The notes under the pieces: generated by a model
What the model was told of the DNA's origin: nothing
Seen by the model: only the letters and a program-made list of their open reading frames with translations
The model's database searches: none
Shown: in pieces, positions 39,050 through 53,417 of the stretch
Numbering within the stretch: position 1 is the first letter of the stretch
Layout: each line of letters begins with the position of its first letter
Made by a program: the position numbers and the translations under genes
NCBI GenBank assembly: GCA_002633005.1
Contig: NMRA01000231.1
Location: forward strand, 376,082 to 440,081
Reading direction: 5' to 3'
Length of the DNA stretch: 64,000 bases
Source: Phoronis australis
Lineage: Eukaryota > Animalia > Phoronida

Positions 39050-41260
39050 AACTCCACAGTGCTGGGAGTCTCCATGCCGATCAGCACTCACACAACGACC
39101 CTGTGTTCCTGGAAGACTACACGTCAGGGCAAAATAGACCTCCACCACGCCCAAGAAGGAAAATAGTGTAATGGCCAAAGATGGCGGAAGAAGCAGCACG
39201 GAAGGCTTTTAATGAGGATGTGCACAACATCACGAGGACAACTTTGATGGGCAGCATAGAGAAGAAGACTGACTAAGAGTTTCACGACAATCACACACAC
39301 ATACAGCTTGGCTGTAGAGCGGTTTCATGCACAGGAAGAGCGAACAAGATCACCACGGCAGGAACTCCCGAGAGGCAACAGACGGGAAACGCGTATCAAG
39401 TAGATACGAGCTGAATTAAGATCACTTGGGAAGGCTATTCGCAGAGCCCATGACCGTGAGAAAGTCGGGCTGCAGTGGCTTAGAGATGACTTGCGGTATG
39501 AGATGAGGTGCATGCGGAAGGCAGAGAGGTTACGTCGAGCCAAGAAGGCAATAGCTAATCGCAACCTCTCAGTTTATCAAGAACTCCTTCAGATTTACAA
39601 AGAACTTACTGGGGGAAGAGAGATCAGGCGAGTTGCAGTTATGCAAGGAGGAGATAGAGCAACATCTTAAAGCAACTCATGGAGACGACAGACGCGATGT
39701 GCCTATTGGCGTGTGTTCGAGAGTGGAGGCTGCAAATAGGCCAGAGAGTAAACCAGAAATGAATGAACCTACGTGGAAGGAATTGCTACAGGTGGTGAAG
39801 TAAGCTCGATCGGGTCCCAGGTCCAAGTGGCATCCCGTGCAAGGCCTACAAGAAGTGTCCCTTGCTGCTGAGGCAGCTGTGGCTGATTCTAAGAACAGTG
39901 TGGAGGCAGGGCAAGATACCGACTGGTTGGAAGGTTGCAGAGGGGTGCTTTGTGCCCAAGGAGAAGGATTCTGCTGTGCTTGACCAGTTTAGAACTGTAT
40001 CACTGCTGAGTGAAGAAGGCGAGATTTTCTTTACGATCCTTACTAAGAGGATGACATCCTATTCCGTAGACAACAAGTACACAGGCACATCCGTCCAGAA
40101 GGGAGGAATTCCTGGTTTCTCAGGGTGTGTTGAGCATACGAGTGTCTTGAGTCAGCTGATTTGGGCGGCCAATGCTAAGAGGAAAGACATGACATGTGTG
40201 TGGCTGGACTTAGCCAATGCCTGTGGTTCCATCCCCCACCAGCTGATCATTGGCGTACTATCACGTACCGGAGGGTATCAGTCGCATGTTAACAGATTAC
40301 GTTCGAGGAATTCAGTTTGGGTTTACTGCATGTGCCATCACTACAAACTGGATCAAGCTGCAAAGAGGGATAATAACTGGATGTACCATCTCTCCTACTC
40401 TGTTCTTCATTTGGATGCCTTTTCTGATAAAGGCCGGAGAAAGAGAATCTAGGGATCCGAGGCTACAGCTTGATATATTGGTACCTGCAATATGAGCTTT
40501 TACATACGACTTGACAATAACTACGCTGACCCATGTGCAAGCTCGGTGCGTGTTGGCAGCACTAGATGCCGTTGCAACATGGGCTCGTATGAAGTTCAAG
40601 CCCAGGAAGTCAAGACTCCTGAAGCTGAGAGGTGGGAAAATGGTCAACAGATTCACCATAATCATTCAAGGCGAAAAAATCCATCAGATGTTAACAACCC
40701 ATCAAGTGTCAAGGTAAATGGTACGATAATCTCCTGTGCGACAAGAACAATATCAAGCAGATGGAGACCCAGGTTTTAGAGTGGTTGAAGGGAATAGAGA
40801 AAAGCGGTCTTCCTGGCAAGGACAAGACGTGTATTTATCAGCACGGTCTTTTATTTCGTGCAACCTGGGGACTCATGCGGTACGACTTCCCAATTTCTGC
40901 CTGCAGTAGAGTGCCTTGAGAGAACAGTAGGCAAGTGGCTAAGAAAGTGTTCAGGAGTCCAAAGAAGATTAACAGAGATTGGTCTTTACAACAGAACTAA
41001 AGAGCTACAACTGCCTCTAGCGTCAATTACGGAGGAGTTTAAAGTAGGAAAGTACTGGCTGGTACTCACATTACGCGAGTCTAGAGATTAGAAGGTGGGG
41101 GAGGCAGGTGTCGTGACGAGATCAGGGAGACGGTGGTCCGCAGACACATCTGTGAGCCAGGAGGAGAGGTTGTTACAGATCGGAGGTATAATTGGTAGCA
41201 CATGCGTATGACGTCGGGGCTTAGAAACATCCCTGTGGGTCTCTGGTACTTAAAAGATGC
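39050..41260 (+). mobile_element. Hero-clade (R2-group) non-LTR retrotransposon, disrupted RT, truncated
   Basis: GCFVPKEKDS..LDQFRTVSLL..EG.IFF...TSVQKGGIPGFSGCVEHT...VWLDLANA.GSIPH, LQRGIITGCTISP, WARMKFKPRKSR.L.L..GK and LQLPL.SITEEFKVGK. Stops and frameshifts present. Confidence 0.85.
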
Positions 41261-41899
41261 AGGTAGCAATTGCCACGATTTTGCTTTGCCACGGATTCAT
41301 ATACTTTACTTGAAAAACTACTGGACGCCAAGCAGAAATCACACGGGGACCTACAATTGTAATCGTGTTTACGCATAAATTTGAGCTTGCAACTGTACAT
41401 GACTGTGAACCAGCCAAACGAATTTTGATTTACTTCAGATGTTGAGACCCGGCAAAACTTAATAATTGTTTTTGCAACATTTTTTGACAAGAAGACAATG
41501 AATTAACCATGAGGGCGAAAAAAGGTACACGACGATGGCGTCAGTTGGTGACTGCAACGAAGTAGCAAAGCCGTCTAGCTAGTTTGTATGGTTAATTGTA
41601 CAATGAAATGTTTATGTTATTATTGACTGAAACTGTATTTACATAACCACGAATCAAACATCGTGCATTCCAGACTCTTCCAAGACCATACAAATAGAAA
41701 TACGATCCTCCGTGTTTTTCACGTAAGAAACATTTACTATAATCCAGTCCCGATGTCAAGGAAACATTGACCGTATGTCTCCAGCACGTCCGTGCTTGCC
41801 GAAGTATCGACCAGGTGTTTTCAAAAGGAACTCTACAAATTACACATGGCGCAAGACAATCACAATTATTAGCCATGCCGTGATTGATCGTGAATTATG

Positions 41900-44520
41900 A
41901 GATATATTTTCTACTTGTCTTCAAGAGGCAAAGCCCCAAAGTCCAACATGTCGTTGCAAGTCATCGTAAAAGGCAGCAGCTCAATAGTTATCACCGCATG
42001 AAGACCGAGAAAGCATAAAGTGAACTTTGGATACACAGGCGTGATTACAGTTTGGAAGAGACTGGAAACATGAGTAATATTCATAAGAAGTTATAAGTCT
42101 GTGCTGATCTCGGTGACAAAATACTGAACAAAGAAGCAGCAATCGTCCCTGTGTTGACCTGCTTCGATCACTCGGTCACAATGAATCCAACCCTTTCGGT
42201 GTGACCGACATTGCTTCAAACTAAGTTGTATACGATTCCAGTTGGATTTTCTATGAACAATGCATTCATTCTCGACGCCTTTTTGTGACTGAGATATTCA
42301 CCCGGTCAATCTACCCAAACGTATCACCCCAGTGTTACTCGTTAGTGAGACAGATGCGAAGATAAGCACGACATGGTTCGCAAAATAAAGGCATCAGCGT
42401 TCTCCATGACATGTAACATCATCAACAAATCCAGAATGAATTGACGGACTCAGTCTCAAATATCCAAGAGCAAACACTTTGAGGAAGGATAATGCTATTG
42501 CACACAAGCGCAAGGCTCTGTTTCAAACATCTCTTCGGAGAAGGCCGCGTAGTTCAACTCGAACATCGTCTGTCGTGAGTGCATCAGCAATCTTAATATC
42601 AGTTTGATGTACAATGGTGGCCAAGGAGAAACTAAAATAATTATAGACTCCACTTGTGCGTTTATGCTCATAAAAAATTATCCTGGCAGAATTTTACGTA
42701 GTCAATTCACCACAAAACTACAGATTTGTCTCTACGTTCCTCCCCTGCAACGATTAGAACAATGCATCGCTCATTAGACCTGGGCTGTTTGGCCACTTGA
42801 AAATAGAGGGAGATAAACATGGTTACGAGGGAACAACGTTCTCTTGTAGTGAAACGCGCTGTCAAAGAATAATTTACAAAATCTTTACAAGGCCTTTTCT
42901 TCAGGAAGGTAAGCATAACTGCAAGCACTTTGGAATATGATCACGTTTTTCGGAGGATAGGTCTGAAGTGGCGAAAATAGGACAGGGGAAGTTACCGCTC
43001 TTATTCAAATGTTCTAGCTGAAAAAATCTACCGCAGATTGGGACACTGAGCTGGAGATCCTACTTGTACAAGATGCCCCGGAGCTGTTAATTGTCAACAG
43101 CATCTTTGAGTACAATGCATACATCTGGACGAAATTATAATGAAATAACTACTCTCCAGTACACTTATGGCACCGAATAATGTTCCCACAGATCAATGAC
43201 AAACAGCGCCCCCTTAATGCGTTTTGCCGTTCTGGAATAGCACAACTTGTGAAAACAAATACCGTGAGAGAACAATCACTTATTTACATGTTTGTATACA
43301 GCATATGCAAACATGCAAGTGGACCGTCCTCCAATTGTGTCAAACGAAATGTCTTACCATTGAGATGGATGTCGTAGCACACCTTTTTATGAATTTCTCC
43401 AGATCTTTGTACATGAATGGCAATGCATAGATCCTCATACGTATCGTTAACATATGAGAGAAATATGTCGCCCCACATCTTCTGGTTTGGTGAAATGGGA
43501 AAGTCTAAAATAGATCAGTCATTTACTCTACATCAAACCATTTGGTCGGTGGCAAAACTGGAATATCATAGCCTACAATTATTCGAGATCACGAGTATGA
43601 AAACTTTCTATGTTCATTTGAAAGTTTTATTTTTAAGGTGATATATATGGAAAAACTGTGTTCTACTTCAATTACAGTGTAATACAATGCTGAAAATGTT
43701 TTTGTTCAAGACTTATTTGATTTCGAAAATAAATTATTATCCTGGGAGGTTTTAAAGGAAAGATACAACTTAAGCAATTGGGTAAAGTACATTGCTCTGG
43801 ACAAGGCAATGAAAATTTAATATAGTCTGATTAATGATAGAGCCAGCAGCATGCACGACTTTGCACCGGAAAGGATTGATAAGCGATGAACAAAATATGT
43901 ATTACTCTCCAGAGAGACATCAGTTCCTGATGTAGAACACAGTTTATTAGAATTATTTGCAGACCAGCAAACTAAAATATTATGCCTTTTAAACTGTTGC
44001 TCCAAACTCATTTGAAAGTTTTTAAGTATTATCATTCATAAAAAAGTTTACTCAAAATATTTTTTAAAGAAAATGAAAACAGTTTAAAACGACTAATGCT
44101 CATTTTTCGGACTCGCAGAAACTTTTGATCACTTGTTTTTGGAATGTGAGCATGTACTTTCTTTTTGAAATAAATTACCCACTTGGATTTCAAACGTCGT
44201 TGGAGATAACCTGTTACTTGTTGAAAAGCGTGTCCTGCTATTTGCATACTTTGGAGATCATGGCTACGAAATTAATCAGCTATTAACGTTATCTCAGTAA
44301 TTTATATATACAACTGTACTTGTTCGAAGTCTTCATGCATTACTGTACTTCAGAGACTTCACCAACTTTTATTTGACTCTGTCAAGACATGGAAAGGTAC
44401 GAAATCTAGAGAATGAATCCCTGACTTGGGATTTTTTGAAACCCTTATACATTCAGTATAAATTCAAGCAGAGCAGGAAGTGATGGGAGAGTGAATGTGT
44501 TTGTGTTTGTTTTCTTTTCT
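41900..44520 (+). mobile_element. Tx1/L1-like non-LTR ORF2 remnant, heavily decayed
   Basis: LYTIPVGFSMNNAFILDAF near 42225-42285. FVQDLFDFENKLLSWEVLKERYNL..WVKYIAL near 43700-43800. ETFDHLFLECEHV (C-terminal Cys/His motif) near 44118-44156. Confidence 0.65.
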
Positions 44521-44572
44521 ACAGTATTCCATTGTTAATTTCAGTTCATGCAAGTAAACTTATTAAGAGTAG

Positions 44573-44577
<5 letters not shown>

Positions 44578-44615
<38 letters not shown>
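44578..44615. repeat. (TA)n microsatellite followed by a GT-rich stretch
   Basis: Read directly. Confidence 0.95.
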
Positions 44616-44617
<2 letters not shown>

Positions 44618-44859
44618 CCTTAAAATAGAAGTATATGTGTGTGCGTGTGTGTGCATATGTACACATGTACGAATACATTTTTGTATCACTGTAATTCGCA
44701 GTGATCTTTCTCGTACTATTTCATTGAAGACGTTCTGTTTTTACGAGTTTAATTTCAGTTGTTTCAAACTCTCTCTATAGAGATCATGTGTTTTATCACA
44801 ACACTGCAAGTAAAATCCTATTGAAATCAGTAGGCAACATAATTTACAGACTAGTATTT

Positions 44860-45640
44860 GGCGACACATATCTCATCTTCAGGATTGCATTTACATTTAG
44901 TTCACATTGAAACGCATGTCATAAATGGTACCTCCGTAAGTCTATTATTAATTTGCTTTACGAATGTACCATTTCGTGATGAGAGTGGCAAACTATTTTC
45001 GCAGAAAGACCTTGTTAGCATGGGCTCCCCATTAGGTGCAACGTTTGCTGAATTATATATGTCTGAAATTGAAGAACAAGTTAAAAGACTATTGACCACA
45101 TTGCATTACATTTTCGATATGTTGATGATATTTTTGTCTGTTGTAATATTGACGAAATGCTTTTGCTGAAGACTGTGCTTGAGATCCATTCAGTGTTAAA
45201 ATTCACTCATGACACATCTTTGAATGATAAGATACCTTTCTAAATGATCTCATGTAACTCAGGCAAAAGATTCAGCACATCAGTTTATCATAGGTCTACT
45301 GACAAGGTTATATGTCTCAATGCTGACAGCGACCGTCCTAAGCGTTATAAGATAGCTGTTCTGGCCAATCTCTTAAAGAGAGCTCACACTAATTCATCAG
45401 AGTGGAAATTGTTTATTAGTGAAGTTCATCGTGTAAAGTAGCTTCTAATAAATAAATGTTACACATAATCAATTCTTGATAAACACACTAATCGACTTAT
45501 CTCAGAAGTTGAACATCATTACAAAATACAAACATTAACTGGTAAGGTTAAAAACTACTACAAAAACTGTACAAGATAAGAAAATAAAATGATATTAAAA
45601 CATATTATTTCGAGACACGTATCTCATCTTCACGCTACTC
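44860..45640 (+). mobile_element. Penelope-like element RT fragment
   Basis: GKLFSQKDLVSMGSPLGATFAELYM, FRYVDDIF, KFTHD...DKIPF and FSTSVYHRST...CLNADS..PKRYK..VL.NLLKRA. Confidence 0.85.
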
Positions 45641-46659
45641 TTTACAACTAGTTCACAGTGAAACGCATATCAGAAATGACAAATGTATACACAAAACGTC
45701 CCTCGAGTGGTGTACATAAAATGCCACGAGACATTAATCCGAATAATGTCTTCACCCTAACTGTTTACGTGGCGAATCACAGCCTGTTGTGTATGTAAGT
45801 GCGCGTTATGTTAATAACTTACTATAGTAAAAGAAATTTTTTTAAATGTAACTGTTTATTACTTGACATTGATAAAAAGTGTGAAAACGAAAGTTATGGT
45901 ACATTGAAAGTGTATCATATTTCGTAAATAAATAAATAAGAAGAATATTTATAACCTTCTAAAATCCTCATAGGATAGCTACACTCATTCATGAAACTAG
46001 GCCATTGACCGGAGCGCGTAGCCTACACGTCGTCTGTTTTCAAGAAGATGTTAAAAGTGCCACCGTTGATGACAGCTTTGGCGAATATGCTTGTTTTAGC
46101 GTTGTTGCAGGTACGTTGTCGCATTTCTACGGATACTTTAGCCTTGGTACTAAGCTTTGTGCTAAATATACGACAGTCTTTTCTTCATACAGCTATCTGG
46201 CTAGATACGGATTCTGTAGCATGGATAAATTCACGTGTTGCAGGGACGGTCGTCGTTGCTGCTCGTGTAATACTGTCGCCGATAGTATCAGGTGTTGTCA
46301 TGGTCAGTGACAATAATGTTTGATATAGGCGAGGGATCGGTGCTTGAGTTGCAGACGATATAATATATATAAGAATTGAAAACTGAGTCAGAACTGTCAT
46401 ATAATTAACTGTCCTGTTCCAGATGTTACGATTGAGACCTGGTTGCAAGTTGCTGCTAAAATTGTATTACTTTATGTTATTTTCCGAAATTTTGATGATC
46501 TAACCTGCTAACGACGTCGAGATGACATTGACCTCCCTTTTGAACCTTCACTGTCAGAGGTCACTGTTGAAGTAGTGCGGGAGATAAATTCGGAAAACAT
46601 TACATGACCGTTTTTCCTTCGACAGATTCAAAGCGTATGGGATAAAATATAAGAAGTGA

Positions 46660-47420
46660 AGTTGGCATGCGAAACTACGATGATAAAAACACACAAATAT
46701 ACACGCGTTGCTGTGCATAATAATGCACAGATCAGCTAAATAATGATGGAGTCCTTTGAGTTCTAGATAGCTGCTCATTCAAACCACAGGCGATCGAACT
46801 TCCTGATGACTTTGCCGAGCCGAGAGTACCAACTTCAACTGTCCCAAATCGAAACAAAATCTCCGTGCATCTTTCTTGGAGTGGTATTGCTTAAACCTCT
46901 GAATTCTTTTTCCCTTTTTAAATAAATTATCCATGTGAGTGGTAAATTAGCGACGAAATTTTCAAAACAAGCTCAAAACTCTGAATTTAAGGACCTAAAA
47001 TAATTAATATGGCAGAATCCAGTTGCGCTTCAACTTGTAGGCCTGTCGAAGATAAAATTTTCCTATGTCAAAGTCAAGAAATTTAACCTCAATTTCAATG
47101 ATTGAGGTTATTAAAATTAATCTTCCACTTAAGTGTAATTTCTTTCTTCTTATAGCTCATTTTAACCCTTTACCTAGATTTTAATGGGAAGAACCGGTGT
47201 ATCTTTTGTTTCATCTTGACCATATGTGCTACTCTTTGTTGAAGCACGACGATGAGACGGTTTTTGGCAGACATTTCCGATGCCTGACCACACGTTTAGT
47301 TGCAATAAATCATCATCGCTAAAATGCAGACTTCGCAGTAAGCCTGAGTTAGAAGCCAGCAACCGTGGTACCACAGTTATAAACAATGTTGGTTTGCATA
47401 ATCAGAGTTTAGTTACAATC
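46660..47420 (-). pseudogene. LRR fragment
   Basis: VVPRLLASNSGLLRSLHFSD (ORF 47174-47386) and NFNNLNH. Confidence 0.4.
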
Positions 47421-49569
47421 AAACTGATATTAATTTATGTGGAGGGCACTCAAATAACATTTGCTGGCGCGCGGAAACAGAGCCCCGGAATTGCGTCGAG
47501 AGCGTCCGCCAAGAACCCGGAGGCTCAACAGTAGTTTGCTTACATCTTACGTCACAAAATAACGTCCTTGAATTTGTACTTCTGGCGTTTTTTGGTATTT
47601 TTGTCGGTAAATCACCATTCGAAGGAAATTTGAAGAGATCAAATGAAAGAAGGTATTCAAAGATTTGTTCAATGCTAGTTTCGCGGAGTTCCATGCACAT
47701 TTGTATAGAAAATTCTGGCCAAACAGATTTTGAGTGTCCAACCTTCATGTTTTCTTAGTATGGAGTGACGTCATTTGCTATCGAGAGACAGATAATCTCA
47801 GGCACCTGTGAATCAAATTAGGTTTTTCAAACAATATTAGATGCGATTCTAATGTTCATAACATGTTTACATCATTTGAAATGTATCGAATGACTGTATT
47901 GTTAACAACCTTCTTACGAGTTATCTTGCGCCCATGAACATATTTAAAATGATCTTTTATAAAGCCATTTTGTAAGAAAACATTCGGGACAAGTAAACTC
48001 AGAAACAACATTACATCTAGAAACAGTGCGGACCTTCTAACGACTAATATTATTTCTCATCACTAAAATAGAGGTCTTCATATTCTTGAAATAAATGGCC
48101 ACTCGAATGGAATGTTTTCAGTGGTCTCTTTCAAGGGCGGATCCCTTAACTATGAAAATATCTTTATTTTCCAATATCAAAAAATGAGCAGCAATTGATG
48201 CTATCTGTCAGATCATCATTTTTTCTCAAGTAATATACAGTTCCTAGAAAAACATAAGCGAAAGTTGTACCCGTTATTCCTTGCTAGAGGAGCATCTGGA
48301 AAATTATAGTTTTGCATTTGCAAAATACAATTATTGAATTTAAAAAAACAGTAAATTAGTTTACTCTTCAAAAGCTTTGCTTTGCGAATTCTCTCCATTT
48401 CTTCGAAATACATGTATGATTGATTTCGTGCACGTTTTGAAGTATGTTTAGACGATATGTATTGCAAAAGCGGAGGCCCTAACTATGTCCTGGCCACAGT
48501 CCTCAAAAGGGAAACCATGCACTGATACAGATTTGTTATGTTTTCTATTGAATTTCCTCTCTTATCCGTATTTCACAGTCTTTTTTCTGGACTGTCCCCG
48601 ACCCCACGCCTATGTCGGTTTCCACGCTTTAACCCTGGCGCCTGAATATTTTTTGGGGCCCGTGTTCGCTGGCCCTCCCCCCGCTTCCTACGGCCCTGCT
48701 GATGGAATCGATGACAGTTTTTTGAACTTTCCGAAAACGCTTCGACAGGGACATCATGCAATGCTTTTCATCAGAGAATCGTACATGTACGTTCATTATG
48801 AGAGAATTTCTGAAGGAGACGATGAAAAAATAACTGTTCGAGGAAAAGTATTTCGGAGCCAGCAAAATCCAAAGACGACCCAAAGGGTTCACCTTCACTT
48901 GATAAATGGCAAAGCCACTCATGGAATATGATCATGTAAAGCTGGGTATGAAACATAGATGTCAGGGTATTTTGAATACAGTCAATGAAGATTTACCGAT
49001 ATTTTGTTCTGCTGTTTGCTAACTTATGCCAAATTCAGTGAAAAATAGGTCGAAAGATGGGAATCCTCGAGTCCATAGCAGTGTGTATGCTTTTCTGATC
49101 TTTGCACGAAATATTTTGATTGAAAAATCAGGTTTATAGATCAATTCGACGCACGTCTTGTCTTAGACAAACTTTTAGCTGAAGCAGGTCTATGACTTTG
49201 TCCAAGTCAATTTGATGCACGGAATTGAGCATAATTGCACCATTTATTTAAGGTATTCTTACCTTCTGATCAACGTCACATTTTTGTATTTCCATTGTAT
49301 AAAGGTACTTTTTAGTTAATTGAAAGCGTAGCGTGATCACTAACCTGTGGTATGGTTACACAAGGTGACAAGTCTAGTGTAGCAAGAAAAGTGGTACAAA
49401 ATAATTATAATTCTCATTTAAAGCTTCATAAAACCAAGTTTCAAGTTCGAACAACTACAATATGAGCTCTCTTTAACTCTATACGTGAAGAGTTAACTAG
49501 AGTTTCTCAACAAAACTAATGACACAGTTTGTTTTTCGCGACAACACCTCGCACAAGGTTTTGAGTTCA

Positions 49570-50370
49570 GTAATCCACTGTCCCTCCTGTGTTGATCGTA
49601 TCTGCTAATTTTTAGTGGAGAGAAGCTGTGTTGAACACCGGCCTTTGGGCATATAAATAACAAAAATATACGTTACTTTCGCAGCGAAACAAAACAATGT
49701 CCATTCTTACGAAATTTTTGATATATAAAAATTTCCCTTAAAAACAAGAATCTCTGGAGATTTCCGCTAAGGGCAGGGCTAGTGCTGGCATCCAGCAGTT
49801 GCCGCGAAAGAGGTGGCCAGACGAGTAAAATTCTGGAGTCAAAATCTGATAAGTCTACACTGCAGTCACCAAACTAAAAAACACACGAACAAATATATTT
49901 TTGTTTAACCTTCGAGTAATGAAGTAACATTGCCAAGACCAGTTGCTTGTGTGGCCGTCTTACGTTAACACCTTTTTGCCCTACAGAATGCCAAAAAGGG
50001 ACGACATATTTTCCTCGAGCTGCATAACAGCTATTGGAATTCCACAAGCTATGGCAACACCGTTTCGCACTTCCGATCGCACCATTTCTTAAGCTGTTGA
50101 CACCAACAAGCTTTACCCGACAACGTGTTGTTTGTCACCTTTCAAACGCAGCCAAAGGTATCATCGTCAAGTATCAATGAAAGGTGTTTGTGTAGACAAA
50201 GTATCATCAGGAAATTTTCTCCCGGGGTGCAGCACCGTATACTAATGTCCAATACCGTTAAGTCAAATTTGATGAGATTCCGACAATATTTCAAGACACT
50301 GAGCGGACAACTATACGACCAACGGACCCAAAAACCGGTAATGGCGATAACAATATGCACCTAAGCATGC
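49570..50370 (-). pseudogene. Small LRR-TM receptor remnant (signal, LRRNT, LRRs, LRRCT, TM)
   Basis: MHIVIAITGFWVRWSYSCP, LILDDDTFGC, VNSLRNGAI, YICSCVF, HLFRGKLLD and a hydrophobic TLFCFAAKVTYIFVIY. Confidence 0.55.
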
Positions 50371-50526
50371 ATATTATGTGGGAGCAGAAGAAATAAAAAA
50401 ACATTCCCTTTTTCCACGCGTCATAATTACACCAGTCACGATTTTAGAGATCCATATTCAATAAGCACATGTACATGTCGAAGTTAACATCAACAATGCA
50501 AACCGCAATAAATATGAATCACTTAC

Positions 50527-50679
50527 TTTCTGTAACTGTAAACACAGTTTCTCCCTGTATTTTAAGTGAGTAATGAGTTTTGAACTCTGGGAAGTTGAAG
50601 ATGTCAAACCTTTCATGCCGCAAGTGCAACTTTCCTTCCGGATCAGCATATGCATGCATTTTGATATATTTTCCAAAAT
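50527..50679 (-). CDS. Exon: C-terminal part of an Ig2-like domain (neuroglian/L1-like)
   Basis: Acceptor ttttccag, donor gtaagt, phase 1-1, 153 nt open. AYADPEGKLHL resembles the L1-family Ig2 DPEGNLxF motif. No F-strand Cys. Confidence 0.55.
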
Positions 50680-51186
50680 CTGGAAAATCAAGAAAGTATA
50701 ATATATATAGAAATTGCAACTTATGTGTCAATGTTGCCAGCATAGATATATCCCAACACGAACACATCCGCACACCGTCCAAAATAAGTACAATGTAACA
50801 AACTAACGTCAGCTTGGTAATCAGCCCAAACTGGAATATTCACTTTATGTAATGTCATTGTCAGTATTCGCCAGACCCAAGACACGAACGGTTGTTCAAT
50901 GATAATTTCCCTTTTGTGCAATCAAGGAGTGTGCGAAGAATAGGAGAGATCACTCCTCCATCTTCCCATTCGCCGTAATGTTATTGGTCGAAAAAACTAG
51001 CGCCCGTAGCGGCGAATAAGCAACACTAATTTAGCGGCCCACTCCGAAACCTGTTAACACTTACCAATTCATACTTTATTGACAATTTGCCGCGTAATGA
51101 TTATATTACTGGTACTACATATTTGATTTATTTTGCGATGCACGCTTGGTGATAAATTCCACGATAACGTAGCTTATCTGAAGATT

Positions 51187-52263
51187 TAAAGGCAGCATCC
51201 AGCGGCTAAAACACTTTTTTGACTCTAGAATTGTATGTTTTATTCATAAAAATATTGTTTTTGCTTCTTACTTACCACCGAAAGTAATTAGATGCAACGC
51301 AAATTACACCGCTCATAATTTGTACCCCTTCGAGCACCCCAGAAAAAATCTCAACCAATCAGCGTAAAGTGGCCACGAATTTTCTGGCAAGCCACTCTGC
51401 GTAACAGCTGAGTTCCATTTCGTGGACGTTCTGTACTTGACGATCTCTGGGCTAAAATGCCTCTGCGTGGTGTGCGGGTGTAGCCATTTCAGCGACTTTG
51501 TGATACATTTGCATAACTACCCCACCGATCACGTCGTGTTCCGTGCATGGAATAGATTCGTGTCCACGACAATGACTCGGGCTACACACTTTCCCGATCT
51601 GCAAGATCTGTTCTAGACAAGATGCAAAGCTGTATACACCGATGTGGGTAAAGATGAGTAAATGATATTTGACTCAGTAGTAGTGGCATTAAAAGCTGGA
51701 CCGCTGTTTGAGTAAAGCAAATTATTTACTGGCGTTGGAAGAATTATCGTTCTACCGCTCATCTACTGCTCTCTTGTGAGTCGGCGTTCTGCGATTACGT
51801 CACCTGACCTGAACAGTTTCTTTTCTCCCGGTTTATTCTTCTATCAACTCTTTTTTGCTGCCACGAGGCGGCGTACTGTCACAACAACTTGTTGGAACAG
51901 CTTCCATTTCATTACAAGTTATTCGCATTTTTAAGACCAACAAACCGAATTTAAAACAAACTTTACTGCTGCGAAGCTGTCATCATTTCCCAAAAGAAGT
52001 CGCAAAGTTTTAGTACGGCGCGTGCGCGTGTCCCAAGGTAGGCTACTGTTTTCAAAACGACGACAGAATTTCTTTGTTGCAACATAGATTATAGACAACA
52101 GATTCGCAACTCCGACATTTTCTTCCGTGCTATCCAAGAGGAGGCGCCACTCTCCTAATTTATCTGGTGCGAATTCCGGTTAGTGTATTTTGACGGAAAA
52201 TTCTCGCGTCTACTTTACTGTTCTGTACTACGAAAAAAAATTCTGCATTGACACGCTGTTTAA
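51187..52263. mobile_element. Possible Kolobok-like non-autonomous element
   Basis: ttaaaggcagcatcc...gacacgctgtttaa ends, with weak subterminal inverted similarity (about 51300 / about 52155-52180). Confidence 0.35.
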
Positions 52264-52329
52264 AGTCTTCCAATAGTAGAACTGTTGGAATTGTTAGTAC
52301 ATTTTTCAATACTACTGGTAATTAATTAC

Positions 52330-52950
52330 AAAATTTAAACTTCAGTGCCGACTGATTATGTTGTCTGCTTGCACAATAGCAGCATAATTATCGGACAGTT
52401 TGTGATTCATGGTTCATATACTGAGAAAATTACGAAAACATATTTGAGCAGAAATTCTAAGGAGTACCTGTGAATGCAAAAGATACTTATAAAACGTGAT
52501 TGTTTTAGAAAATTTTAATGTTGTTCGGATTAAAAAATTCGCCTCTGCAACGATTTCACTGGTCTAACCTTTGCATGTTTATAATTCAACATTCTCAAGT
52601 GAGCAGTTCTTCTGGGAAGTGTTAAGTGGCCGTTAAAAGTGCGGTTGATTGCACTGTGCATGAGTCTTAGGTATAGCATGAAATGGTTCTTAAAAGAACC
52701 GTTGAATAATTCAACATAAAGCCCAAAGTATACCGTGCTCCTCAAGTACTGAAAGTCCTCTTTATTCAAGTTTTCATCAGGGAAGGTTGGATGAAAACAG
52801 AGAAGATGACAATATCGATGGCAGTTGTAACACCTTATATAAATGTTACCGTTCACCAATGTTATCACGAAACCTGCCTCTTGAACAGTTCTTGTTCCTG
52901 GATTCCCAAGTAATCCTGAACCGTAAGGAAGAAAGACCAAAAACGAATCA
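52330..52950 (-). pseudogene. LRR ectodomain remnant
   Basis: ORF 52530-52940: LNKEDFQYLRS, FNGSFKN, INRTFNG, HLRMLNY and KSLQRRIF. Confidence 0.55.
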
Positions 52951-53417
52951 AATTGCGAAAATCATCGCCTTCGTACGATTCCGTGTTGCTGTCGCCAGAC
53001 TGATGTTCCGCCCCAACATGAATGTCGAAAATCGACGTTACAAGTGATGGGAATTTGTGTCCTTTGTTTCTAACTTTTAACCATTTTTATGAAAGGGGTG
53101 TACTGATTTTGTCTAATGAGCATAACTTTTGTTTTTTTATAATGCATTACTCGTGTTGAATGCATTCATATTGAGTGGCCTCATTGAGTTGAACAGAAAA
53201 TAAATTAAATGTAACACAATAAAGATTTGAAAATAAATTGAACATTAACACGACTCCCTAGCTGTTTTCGAAAACTTTGGTTCATGCACTTACGGCGGAA
53301 AATGATAGACCAAGTATCGTGCACGTGTGCACTGTACCAACCATAGACATCTTCATGCTATGATTTTTATAGTACCAACACTGTGTATCTTATTCTTAAT
53401 TGGCCAATCTGTTGATA

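Noticed and set aside
49262-49345. Missing Ig3 N-half exon
   Set aside because: Phases do not fit (1-2 required) and there is no Ig motif. The candidate at 38517-38630 fails the same way.
52787-53047. Penelope RT on + (FLFLDSQV)
   Set aside because: Single weak motif. The opposite strand gives several LRR motifs.
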